Source of the DNA: an uncultured Gammaproteobacteria bacterium
Lineage (GTDB): Bacteria > Patescibacteriota > Microgenomatia > Levybacterales > UBA12049
Assembly: GCA_964637955.1 (NCBI GenBank)
Contig: CAZWXQ010000002.1
Location: forward strand, 7,782 to 71,781
Direction of reading: 5' to 3'
Length of the DNA stretch: 64,000 bases
Positions within the stretch are counted from its first letter, which is position 1, and each line of letters begins with the position of its first letter. The notes under the pieces were generated by a model, which ran no database searches, was not told where the DNA came from, and worked only from the letters and a program-made list of their open reading frames with translations. Positions 9,116-18,331 of the stretch are shown here, piece after piece. Both the position numbers and the translations under genes were made by a program.

Positions 9116-9827
9116 CAAATATTCTTGAAGATCTTCTTTAAAGAATAAAAAATTTTATATTTATACCCCTTTAGATCCTCAACCTTAAATTTTATCATTT
9201 TCAAAGTTTGTATTATTCAAAAATAAGAAATGGAGAATGGAGATAACAATTTTGTATTCTAGTCTACCGTATAGATCAAGAAAGAATCGTCATATACATT
9301 TGCATTTTTTCTAATGGGGCTCTTACTTGAAAATATCTATAATCATCAAGTTTCATAAGAAATTTATTTTCATCTCTCCTTTTAACTACAAAAATTACAT
9401 CGTCAGACTTATTTGATTCTATTCTTTTAGCTGCTATTGAGCTATAAATAGGTGAGCTATCGCCTCCGGTTGTGAATTGCCAAATCTAGTATTCGCGTCC
9501 ATGTGTAGCAGGTGATGTAGGCATTTCTTCTACCTTAAATTCGAAATTTATTGGGTTATGACAATTATTTACTAATTTTAATTTACCATACATCTGCATC
9601 AATTTTTTAGAAGAATCTACAATAAAGAGCGAAGGTTTATTATGACATCCTGAGGTGTTTGATTGAGTGGTGGTTTTATTTTGAAGAGCGAACGTTGTTG
9701 CAAGTAATCCAGGGGAAGCTGCTTAAATAACTACTATGTTAAAAAATGATTTTGAGCTAAAGCCGGAATATTTTCTTTTTGCCATTATTTATATAGTAAG
9801 CAGATTGTTTTTGTATTGTCAAATATT

Positions 9828-12650
9828 TTAATCTCCCTGCTTTGTAGAAAGTTCTCTTAGAAATAAGTTGTAATCATCCTGATTAATTTTTCCATCATCG
9901 CTTAAATCAGCTCGAGTTTTTTTCGAAGCATCGCTGCAGTTTTTTGCCGGCAAAAGGTCGCTGTAGCAGTCAGTTATTATGCTAAAGTCTAGAGAATTTA
10001 GTTTATTGTCTAGATTTGAATCACCAATTGTTAATGAAACATTTGGAGCTTGATTTAAAGCATTTTTGGTAATAGTGGGAATTCCCGTTAGCTGTCTTTT
10101 AAGATATTTGTCGATTTTTACTTTAATCGTATAAGGGCTAGTTGGGAGAATGGAGGGAATAGTAACGTCTCCTGAAAAATCACCCGTAGAAGGATTGTAG
10201 GATACGTTTCCTTGACTAGTGCCTACAAGGCTTCCTGAAAAATCAAATAGTTCAACTGTGATTACTCTTACAGCAGTGAGAGGATTTGGATTTCCAGGAG
10301 CGTTTGGATTTGAGTTATCTCCACCTCGACCAATTCCATGAAGTTTTACACTTGGAAAATGGAGAATTGTTGTGCCTGGAATTGGGGTAGGAATATTTGT
10401 CACTGGAGCACTCGTAAGAATTGGCATAGGACTAGGAGATGGGGTTGGGGTTTTAGTCGGAGTTGGAGATTTTGACGGCGTTGGTGTTTGGGTAACTGGA
10501 TTTGCAGCTTCGATACTATAGCTAACTTGTTTTGTTTTGCTAAATGTTGAGTTAGCACTATTTTCAACAGTAATTTTGGTTAAATATGGGTTCTGATCAG
10601 CGGTAGCGTTTAATGCTGGAGAAGTTACATCTAAAACTACTGTTGTTTGTGCACCTGAAGCCAGCGTAACGCTTGTTCGTCCAAATATAGCTGTCCAGTC
10701 TTCTGGTGGGACACTATTTAAATCAAATGTAGCATCAGGACAGGTAGAGGAGTTGTTGTTTTTTATGGTGATTGAATATCTTACTTTTTCTCCCATTGAT
10801 CCACTAAGCGCAGGTTCTGCAATGATTAAAGAAGGGTCCAATTTTTCACAGGGAGGTGGGCCAATGATAACGCTAAGCGTAACAGACTCCGTATCATGTG
10901 ATAACTGTTTTATAGTGACATCGTTCCTAGTATCAGAAAATGTCATATTGTCTTTAAATGTGGTGTTTAAAAGTCCTCCTCGTCCTGAGCTGTCTGTTTT
11001 ATCTACATCAATAAGATATGTTTGTTTTGTTCTCCATTCATCAGAAATTCCTCCGCCTTCATTAGTCATAGCAGGAGGATTTAAGTCAGAAATTCTAAGA
11101 AGAGCGCCTTCATAAAGTGAAGTTGGACCACCTCCGTCGCCATTATTTTTACTTTTATAATCAAGATAATAATTCCCGCCGTCAGTTGGGCGATCTATTA
11201 TTAGTGTTTGAACTTGATTTGATCTGTTTTTGGAGCCTGAATAGAGGGTATATGTTCCGCTAGTAGTTATGGTTTTTTTATTTGTGCTTGGGAGCCAACC
11301 TAAAAGAATTTTGTTTTTTACATTTGTATGTGAATGATAGTCCCATGCGCCTCCTATGAGATCAAATCTATCGCCATATCTGTAGAGAGTACAACTTCCA
11401 AATGAAGATATTTGTTTTGAACCGCATAAAAAAGCATGTGCATGGGAGAGTCCTAAGCTATGACCAACTTCATGGGCCAAAATTCCTGAATAAAACTTAA
11501 TTGCTGATGCTCCGTCAAGGGGTCCATGGTCGAAGCTATTTAGTCCATCATAATCTCCGTTTAGGAAATGAATTGGTTGAACTATGTTATCTCCAGGAAT
11601 GCCATAGGTAATAGCATTCCAATTGCAGTAGGGACCTACTGTTTCCTGATCATCAATAGAGGGGAAGACATAAGCTCTTATATTATAATCAGCAAAAGTT
11701 TTTCCTCTGCTTGTTGCGATAGGTTTTACCAAATCATTTATGGCTTTTTTAAAGCCTTTGGCGGCCTCTGTTTCTTCATAAATATCGCAAACATCGCGTC
11801 TTGTGTATCCTGGAAGATCGATCCATCCATATACATCATTTATGTCTCCTTGTATCGTGACATTTCCCATAGTCGCATCATTTATGTAATTGGCAACAGA
11901 ATTGGGAGCGCTGAAGTAGATTGTTTCGAGCTGCTGCTTAGTGAAGTTGTCAGTTACATCTGAATCGTCATTTTTAAAATTTACCATAATAACAGCAAGT
12001 TTATTAACTCCCGATGTATTTATTCCCAGAACATCTTGACCTGGTAGAAAATTGATATTTCTTGTCTGAAGATTTTCCTTCCCGATTTTAATTGGAACTA
12101 AAACATTGTCAATTAAATATCCTTCAATTTTTGCACGTCCATCAAAATCAGGTTCAAGACCTTCTCTTATGTAAAGCTCATATGTTCCTGTGCTGTTGCC
12201 TTCAGAGTCGACTGTTTGAAAAATAAGAGTAGGGACTTTAGAGTTATTTTTATTTTTCCTTTTAGGATTATGTTCCTCAACAATCTCTTCAGAGATTACT
12301 CCATTAAGTTCCACTTTTTCTTCAATATTTTTTTGAGCATTAACAGGAAGAGTATTTTTAATATCTTTTGGAATTACTATCAACAGAAATTTTTCAGGAT
12401 CATTTTTGGCAAGAGCTTTCATTTTATCTTTTCTTTTTGAAGAAGCGATAATTTTACCCGTATTGTCCGATTTATTAGAAAGAAGATCTTTCGACAATTC
12501 GCTGACATCATCGCTTAAATCAGCTCGACTTCGTAAATCATTTACATGATCTTTTGAAAGGACAATTATTGCAATTGATGTGAGTATTAAGAGGATTGAA
12601 AAGATTCCAATAGCTGCTCTTTTCCTGGAAAAAGATGTACTACTATTCAT
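9828..12650 (-). CDS. secreted/membrane-anchored metzincin-type zinc metalloprotease with PT-linker and C-terminal dockerin-like module
   Basis: N-terminal TM anchor; HEVGHSLGLSH (HExxHxxGxxH, residues 393-403, nt 11444-11474); domain NATFDLNSVPPEDW...; PT linker TQTPTPSKSPTPTKTPTPSPSP; C-terminal DSNLDNKLNSLD-FSII and DLSDDGKINQDD-YNLFL Ca-loop/helix repeats (D/N at 1,3,5,9,12). Confidence 0.6.
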   Translation of the reverse strand: MNSSTSFSRKRAAIGIFSILLILTSIAIIVLSKDHVNDLRSRADLSDDVSELSKDLLSNKSDNTGKIIASSKRKDKMKALAKNDPEKFLLIVIPKDIKNTLPVNAQKNIEEKVELNGVISEEIVEEHNPKRKNKNNSKVPTLIFQTVDSEGNSTGTYELYIREGLEPDFDGRAKIEGYLIDNVLVPIKIGKENLQTRNINFLPGQDVLGINTSGVNKLAVIMVNFKNDDSDVTDNFTKQQLETIYFSAPNSVANYINDATMGNVTIQGDINDVYGWIDLPGYTRRDVCDIYEETEAAKGFKKAINDLVKPIATSRGKTFADYNIRAYVFPSIDDQETVGPYCNWNAITYGIPGDNIVQPIHFLNGDYDGLNSFDHGPLDGASAIKFYSGILAHEVGHSLGLSHAHAFLCGSKQISSFGSCTLYRYGDRFDLIGGAWDYHSHTNVKNKILLGWLPSTNKKTITTSGTYTLYSGSKNRSNQVQTLIIDRPTDGGNYYLDYKSKNNGDGGGPTSLYEGALLRISDLNPPAMTNEGGGISDEWRTKQTYLIDVDKTDSSGRGGLLNTTFKDNMTFSDTRNDVTIKQLSHDTESVTLSVIIGPPPCEKLDPSLIIAEPALSGSMGEKVRYSITIKNNNSSTCPDATFDLNSVPPEDWTAIFGRTSVTLASGAQTTVVLDVTSPALNATADQNPYLTKITVENSANSTFSKTKQVSYSIEAANPVTQTPTPSKSPTPTKTPTPSPSPMPILTSAPVTNIPTPIPGTTILHFPSVKLHGIGRGGDNSNPNAPGNPNPLTAVRVITVELFDFSGSLVGTSQGNVSYNPSTGDFSGDVTIPSILPTSPYTIKVKIDKYLKRQLTGIPTITKNALNQAPNVSLTIGDSNLDNKLNSLDFSIITDCYSDLLPAKNCSDASKKTRADLSDDGKINQDDYNLFLRELSTKQGD

Positions 12651-13283
12651 TTACTGCGAAATAACTTGATTTGTCGGAGAAGGAGATAACGTGTCTTCTG
12701 AAGGAAGGTTCTCAATATAGCCTGAGACCATATCTTTTAGTACTGATTTATCTGTGCCAGAAGCTTGAATGGAAGTTTTAGGTAAAAAATTAATTTGAGC
12801 AGGGGAGCTTCCTGTTTTCGTAAATGTGATAACCGCAACGGTTCCTTTTCCTTGTTTTCCTTTTTGATTTGGTTTCATACCGCTCCAAAATTTAATTCTA
12901 CTATCTGCTGGAGTAATAATTTTTTGTTTTACATCAGCATCAGCGAAAAAGTTACCAGGCTTTATATCAATTATATTTATAAGTTTTGGATCGTAGCTCA
13001 TTTCTAGTTGTGCGAATGTGACCATGTTATTATTTGTATCTATATTTACATCTACTTCATATGCGCCAGATGAAGTGCTAGGTCTAACATCTTCAGAAAA
13101 CATAAGGCTGGTTTGGGCAACATCTTTAGCGACGTTTTCGGATGCTGTAGGTTTATAAAAAGTATTTTTTGCAGTCAGACTTACTACCAAAAGAATCACG
13201 GTAACAATTACAAGGACGGCAACGAGAAGCCAAGTCTTGTTCATTTTTGCTTTCGGTTGTTGTTGGTTTGGGACATTTTCCAT
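12651..13283 (-). CDS. membrane-anchored cohesin-domain protein
   Basis: N-terminal signal-anchor WLLVAVLVIVTVILLVVSL; LEMSYDPKLINIIDIKPGNFF and GTVAVITFTKTGSSPAQINF closely match type-I cohesin motifs (cf. C. thermocellum CipA FVYSYDPNVLEIIEIKPGELI / ATIVAKVKSGAPNGLSVIKF from memory). Confidence 0.55.
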   Translation of the reverse strand: MENVPNQQQPKAKMNKTWLLVAVLVIVTVILLVVSLTAKNTFYKPTASENVAKDVAQTSLMFSEDVRPSTSSGAYEVDVNIDTNNNMVTFAQLEMSYDPKLINIIDIKPGNFFADADVKQKIITPADSRIKFWSGMKPNQKGKQGKGTVAVITFTKTGSSPAQINFLPKTSIQASGTDKSVLKDMVSGYIENLPSEDTLSPSPTNQVISQ

Positions 13284-13287
13284 ATTT

Positions 13288-16026
13288 TTACAGTGGAAGC
13301 TGTGAACCTCCTTGATTTGCTACTTCTTTTAGCCAAAGCGTAAAGTCATCTTCATCAACTATTCCATTATCGTCTAAATCTGCATACGTTTGATAGTTGG
13401 GATTTACATCACAAGCTGATCTGTCCTGAGAGTAGATAGAGCAGCTCACTAAAATATTGTAGTCGTTTAAGTCTAAATTATTGTTTGATCTATCTATTTT
13501 ATTTATATCTCCAGTTATCATATCTAAAGTTTGGGCTGTTTTATTCATTCCCCGAGTTAAGGTAACAGATCCAGGTAGTTGACCTCTGAGAACCTGAGGG
13601 CCCTCAACGTAAACATTATAAATTCCTGATTGGAAATTATCGCCAAAACTTAGTGCTCCTTCAAACTTTCCACTTGCAGGATTATAGGTGACTGTATGGT
13701 CTTGAAATACATCTGCAGGGGTATTACTTGCGGCATTATACATTCTGACAGTTAAATTTCTGTTGGCACGTTCCGGATTTTTATTTCCACCGATTGGAGT
13801 TCTGGCAGTAGTTCCAATTCCGTCAATTCCAATAATTAAATTTAGATTTGTTTGCCCTGGAATACTAGTGATTGTTGGTGGATTACTAATTACGGGTTCC
13901 TCACTAATGGTTGGATCCTGGCTGATAACTGGGTCATTACTTATAACAGGATCTTGGCTAATGGTTGGATCAATAGCCTGTACATCATAAGTTACGTTCT
14001 CAGATATAAGAGGGCCATTTGTTCTTTGAATGTTAACTGTGAAGGTGGCGGGTCCATTCTCTGCATTATTAGGAGAGCTGACTGACATGGTAGTGCTTTT
14101 TGTATTTCCAGGTGCTATGTCTAGTGAATCTTTTTCAAGAGTAGAATCCCATCCGATAACACCAATTTTACTTATGTCAAAAGTGGCGTTATCACACTGC
14201 GCAGTATCATTATTTTTAATTTCAATGGTGAAATCTTTTTTGTCTCCTGCATTTCCACTTCTGGAATTTGGCTTTACATCTAGAGTTGGTCTATTTTTAA
14301 CACAAGTTGGAGCTGGGTCAGGAGTTGGATCTGTTCCGCCACCGCCTGATCCTCCTCCAGAAGGCTTAGTAGTCTTGTAGGCGTCTGTTTGGAAGTTATT
14401 GCCTTCATTCGATTCTGAGATATTTCCTACTGAATCAACAAAAACAGAAGCAATATAATCGCCCGCATTTGGCCTTGGCATATTGGTAAAGTGACTAGAT
14501 AAAGGTATCTCTTCATTCGGAGACACTACTTGCGTTACTGTCCAGGTTTTAGTAGCTCCACCGTCCCTATTAATTACTTTAACCTGAAAATCACCTGTGA
14601 TTTGTGCATTTCCAATATTTTTAATTTTTACAATTGGGTCAGATGTTCCTGTATCAACTCCGCCTGGAAATGTGAATGCTGAAACTACGAGATCTCTTGT
14701 GGCTGCTGGTTGTGTTTCTATCTTTTTAATTCCAAAATGAACAGTTCCACTCGCTCCTAAATCAATATTGGCTCCATCAGCAGTAGGATTGTTTGTTATG
14801 TTTTCTGAAGGAATTAAGTAATTTAGCTTTGTTGAGGCATAACCAGAAGGTATTAATAATTTTACTGTAATTTTATTTGCATTCGTTTTTGTTGTAACAG
14901 AATAATTATTTCCGTTCTTTGTGCTTGCGTCACCCGCAGCCTGCACAGTGTATGGGCTAGTGAAAAGTGCTTCAGTGCCATTTTTTTTACCATCATTCGC
15001 TGTTCCTCCTCCCGCACCATTATCTATAAAGACATATCCAGTGAATGAGAGTGTTTTCGTAGAACTAATTGGTGCGCATTCATTTGAAGAGTTGCAATTT
15101 CCAGATCTACATACTTGAGATTCCGGGGCAGAACAGTCTTGAGTTGTTGCTACCTCTCTGCAGTCAGTGTAATTTGGTTTTGTGGTCAGAGTTTTAGTTT
15201 GAGTTCCTGATCCTGGGCCACATGTTCCGCCATCTGGTTTAGGTATGCTGTTTTTTGCCTTACAAGTGCCTAATTTTGCACCAGCTGTGCAGTTCGGAAT
15301 AATAGAACATTTATGAGTATCTGTATTGCAAGTTTTGTCTGTTCCACAACCTCCGCAGGCTAAGCTAGTTCCACCAACGGTGAATGTTCCACAATAATTA
15401 TTTGCATTACAAAGACTATTTTTATATGTTGTTAAGTCTGAACATTTATCGGTGGTGGGTGCGCAGTATTTAAAATTTGGATTTGATGAACATTGGCTAT
15501 TAGAGGTACATTTTATGCAGTTAGTTGAAACATTTTCGTCGCAGTAAGATCTTAGACCAAATTGTACACTTCTGTCACCTCTGGTAATGTCAAAGCTGGT
15601 AGTTGTGCCTTTTTTTGTAACTGGCGAACTGGAAGGATTATCATAGAATATGTGAGTATAATTAAGTGTTCTATTTGGAGCAGTAATTTTTACTCTATAA
15701 TAATCTTCGCCAAGTTCATATAAGTCTGGGTCATTAGGTTTTAGGGTAATTGGAATTTCGAGTATAGATCCTGAACAGCTAGTCTGCGATGTTTTAGTGA
15801 GAGTTCTTGTTCCGCTTGCATCAGTTACCTGGACAGTAAAACTGCCATTATAGCAAGAATCTCCGTCTCTGCGACCATTAATATTGTAGTCGCTGTTACC
15901 GTTATCATCTACAAGCGTGGCAACATTAAGCCTGTAATTTGCTGCATGTGCTTTTTGAGGAATAATTAGAGATGCTAAGCTAAATAATAGAGGAAATAAC
16001 AATAGAGCAATAGTAATTTTTTTCAC
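13288..16026 (-). CDS. giant secreted adhesin-like protein: Cys-rich repeats, CARDB-like domain, DPxIS tandem repeats, C-terminal dockerin-like module
   Basis: Signal peptide MKKITIALLLFPLLFSLASLIIPQKAHA; >40 Cys in EGF-like spacing; CARDB-like DLVVSAFTFPGG...IKNIGNAQITGDFQVKV...VDSVGNISESNEGNN; C-terminal DLDDNGIVDEDD-FTLWLKEV (perfect Ca-loop) preceded by degenerate repeat DINKIDRSNNNLDLNDYNILV. Confidence 0.55.
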   Translation of the reverse strand: MKKITIALLLFPLLFSLASLIIPQKAHAANYRLNVATLVDDNGNSDYNINGRRDGDSCYNGSFTVQVTDASGTRTLTKTSQTSCSGSILEIPITLKPNDPDLYELGEDYYRVKITAPNRTLNYTHIFYDNPSSSPVTKKGTTTSFDITRGDRSVQFGLRSYCDENVSTNCIKCTSNSQCSSNPNFKYCAPTTDKCSDLTTYKNSLCNANNYCGTFTVGGTSLACGGCGTDKTCNTDTHKCSIIPNCTAGAKLGTCKAKNSIPKPDGGTCGPGSGTQTKTLTTKPNYTDCREVATTQDCSAPESQVCRSGNCNSSNECAPISSTKTLSFTGYVFIDNGAGGGTANDGKKNGTEALFTSPYTVQAAGDASTKNGNNYSVTTKTNANKITVKLLIPSGYASTKLNYLIPSENITNNPTADGANIDLGASGTVHFGIKKIETQPAATRDLVVSAFTFPGGVDTGTSDPIVKIKNIGNAQITGDFQVKVINRDGGATKTWTVTQVVSPNEEIPLSSHFTNMPRPNAGDYIASVFVDSVGNISESNEGNNFQTDAYKTTKPSGGGSGGGGTDPTPDPAPTCVKNRPTLDVKPNSRSGNAGDKKDFTIEIKNNDTAQCDNATFDISKIGVIGWDSTLEKDSLDIAPGNTKSTTMSVSSPNNAENGPATFTVNIQRTNGPLISENVTYDVQAIDPTISQDPVISNDPVISQDPTISEEPVISNPPTITSIPGQTNLNLIIGIDGIGTTARTPIGGNKNPERANRNLTVRMYNAASNTPADVFQDHTVTYNPASGKFEGALSFGDNFQSGIYNVYVEGPQVLRGQLPGSVTLTRGMNKTAQTLDMITGDINKIDRSNNNLDLNDYNILVSCSIYSQDRSACDVNPNYQTYADLDDNGIVDEDDFTLWLKEVANQGGSQLPL
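13864..13971 (-). repeat. six tandem 18-bp repeats encoding DP(T/V)IS(Q/N/E) inside the adhesin gene
   Basis: Visible tandem periodicity in DNA and protein (DPTISQ DPVISN DPVISQ DPTISE EPVISN PPTITS). Confidence 0.6.
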
Positions 16027-16134
16027 AATAAAATAGCTATAGAATCAGCGTATAACAAGGCTAGTAAAGTGTCAAGTGCGTGAAAAATTGCTTGTTGAAA
16101 TAGTCGTAAATTAATTGTTAATATAGCTTGATAA

Positions 16135-16704
16135 ATGATACTTTCAGATCGAGATATAAAAAAAGCATTAAAAGAAAAGAGGATTGTGATTTCACCGCTT
16201 CCTGATTTTAAAACTCAGCTTGGTAGTTGTTCGATAGATCTTAGGCTTGGAGATACTTTTAGAGTATTTGAACATAGTAAACACTCCTACATAGATCCTT
16301 CAAAAAAAGATTTTAGTAATGAAATTACGCGTGAGATAAAACTTAAGAAAAATGATTCATTTATGATGCAGCCAGGTGATTTTGTTCTCGCAGTTACTCT
16401 AGAAAAAGTTACAATCCCAGCTGATCTTATGGGTAGACTTGAGGGTCGTTCATCTCTTGGTCGCCTTGGAATTGTGGTTCATAGTACGGCTTCTATTTTC
16501 GATCCTGGTTGGGATGGGAATCCAGTTTTGGAGCTTGGAAATTTGGGACGCATGGCAGTGTCTCTTAAAGTAGGAATGAGAATTTGTGCTATGACTTTTG
16601 AAGAATTAACGAGCCCAGCTGAAACACCTTACACAAATAAAAAATTTGCCAAATATAAATTTCAGGACAGTCCAGTTGAATCAAGAATACATGAAGAGAA
16701 ATAA
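16135..16704 (+). CDS. dcd: dCTP deaminase
   Basis: Near-collinear similarity to Dcd (MILSDRDIKKAL, IDLRLG, GRSSLGRLG, FDPGWDGNPVLE, AKYKFQ C-terminus). Confidence 0.8.
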   Translation: MILSDRDIKKALKEKRIVISPLPDFKTQLGSCSIDLRLGDTFRVFEHSKHSYIDPSKKDFSNEITREIKLKKNDSFMMQPGDFVLAVTLEKVTIPADLMGRLEGRSSLGRLGIVVHSTASIFDPGWDGNPVLELGNLGRMAVSLKVGMRICAMTFEELTSPAETPYTNKKFAKYKFQDSPVESRIHEEK

Positions 16705-16795
16705 TTTTCAATTTGAAATTTTAAATTTTTAATGAAATCCAAATAATTTAATTTTAAATTTTGAAACATTGAAAACTAAGAATTAAAATTAAATC

Positions 16796-17491
16796 ATGAA
16801 ACAGGACGTAGAGTACGAAGTAAAATTTAAACAAACCTTAAAAAGAAATCCTCATAAAGGTTTGTATGTAGCTTTCGAAGGAATTGATGGAGCAGGGAAA
16901 AGTGTTCAAGTAGAGCTTTTAGAAAAATATCTCAATAAGGTCGGTAAGAAAAGTCTTATTACATTCCAACCAAGAAGAGATGGTCCTGTAGGGAAGCTCA
17001 TTAATGATATTCTTCAGGGAAATGTAAAAGTTCCATCTGTTTCACTTCAATATCTTTTTACTGCAGACAGAATTATTGATCACCTAAATCATATAGAGCC
17101 AGCACTTAAAGAGGGAAAAGTGGTAATTTCTCACAGATGTATGTGGAGCAATTTGCCATACGGGCTTTTAGATAAGCAGCTAGTAGATTATGAATCTGAC
17201 GAAGCTAGAATTATTGATGTAGCACACGGGCTTTTTTCTCACTATAATCAATTTATAATACCTGATCTGACTTTCTATCTTAAGATTTCTGCGAAAATTG
17301 GAGTAGAAAGACTTGAAAAGAGACACGCGGGGCTTGAGATGTACGAGAAGAAAGGTAAGATGGAAAAAGTCGCAAAAGGATATGAGTGGGAAATTAATAG
17401 ATTTCCTGATGAATTTATAACGATTGATGGGGAAGAAGCGCCTGAAAATGTTTCAAGAGAAGTTATAAAACACGTTGAAAAATATTTATGA
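16796..17491 (+). CDS. thymidylate-kinase-family P-loop kinase, paralog 1
   Basis: P-loop FEGIDGAGKS, DR(I)ID motif after YLFTADR, paralogous to next gene. Confidence 0.6.
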   Translation: MKQDVEYEVKFKQTLKRNPHKGLYVAFEGIDGAGKSVQVELLEKYLNKVGKKSLITFQPRRDGPVGKLINDILQGNVKVPSVSLQYLFTADRIIDHLNHIEPALKEGKVVISHRCMWSNLPYGLLDKQLVDYESDEARIIDVAHGLFSHYNQFIIPDLTFYLKISAKIGVERLEKRHAGLEMYEKKGKMEKVAKGYEWEINRFPDEFITIDGEEAPENVSREVIKHVEKYL

Positions 17492-18162
17492 GTAAAACAT
17501 ATCACGTAGAATTTGATCTTGATTTTAGGAGAAATGAATTTCCAGGAAAATTTATAGTTCTTGAGGGAATTGAGGCATCTGGAAAAACGACTCAGGCAAA
17601 TATTCTGGAACAGAAATTTCCTGGAGCATTCCATACGAAAAATCCTACTTCGAGTAATGAGATTGGGAAATTTGTTCGAGAAAGAGTTCTCGGAGGGAAA
17701 ACTGATATCCCACCGGTAGCATATCAATATTTGTTCGCGGCGGACAGAGAAATTGATCAGCAGAAAGTTATTGAAAATTTGAAAAAGGGTGTAACTGTAA
17801 TTTCTGATAGATATTTTTGGTCAAGTGTGGCATATGGAATTTCAGATCGAAGCGGAACAGATTATGAGAATTTTGAGGAGGTTTCAGTGGTATCGCTTAG
17901 TCTTCTTTCTATGTATCACCAATTTATCATTCCTGATCTTACAATTTATCTGGACGTTTCACTTGAAGAGTCTTTAAAGCGCATGGAAGGATCAGAGAAG
18001 CACACTGAAATTTATGATAATCATGAGACAAATGTAAAAGTGAAAAAAGGTTATGATTGGTTAATACAGAAATTTCCTGAAGAATTTAGTATAGTTGATG
18101 CAAATAGAAGTGAAGAAGAAGTAACTCATGAAATTCTAAAATTAGTTGAAGGAATTAGTTAG
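17488..18162 (+). CDS. thymidylate-kinase-family P-loop kinase, paralog 2
   Basis: P-loop LEGIEASGKT, YLFAADREID, HQFIIPDLTIYLDVS, KKGYDWLIQKFPEEF all parallel paralog 1; 4-nt overlap with it. Confidence 0.6.
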   Translation: MSKTYHVEFDLDFRRNEFPGKFIVLEGIEASGKTTQANILEQKFPGAFHTKNPTSSNEIGKFVRERVLGGKTDIPPVAYQYLFAADREIDQQKVIENLKKGVTVISDRYFWSSVAYGISDRSGTDYENFEEVSVVSLSLLSMYHQFIIPDLTIYLDVSLEESLKRMEGSEKHTEIYDNHETNVKVKKGYDWLIQKFPEEFSIVDANRSEEEVTHEILKLVEGIS

Positions 18163-18230
18163 TAATTTAAAATTTGAAATTCTAAATTTGAAATGAATTT
18201 TAAATATTAAAAATTAAAAAATTAAGTATC

Positions 18231-18304
18231 GAATGTCGCCGCTAGAGCGGGATCCCGATTGAAAACTATCATCGGGAAAAATTAAAAATTATAAATTGAA
18301 AATT
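18231..18304 (+). repeat. double-hairpin repeat element copy 1 (CCGCTAGAGCGG + CCCGATTGAAAACTATCATCGGG + AAAATTAAAAATT...)
   Basis: Near-identical to 57936-57990 (reverse orientation) and similar to 28951-28997; hairpins show compensatory changes. Confidence 0.6.
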
Positions 18305-18331
18305 TGAAAGAGATTCTGAATCAAGTTCAGA

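Noticed and set aside
9016-9204. 62-aa minus-strand ORF
   Set aside because: It overlaps the promoter-driven tRNA-like gene on the opposite strand, and its sequence is low-complexity. It is spurious.
10753-11115. Antisense ORFs inside the large surface-protein genes (also 11568-11963, 12216-12440, 13763-14380, 14921-15118)
   Set aside because: They are embedded antisense to long, motif-supported CDSs and have no independent support. They are typical shadow ORFs.
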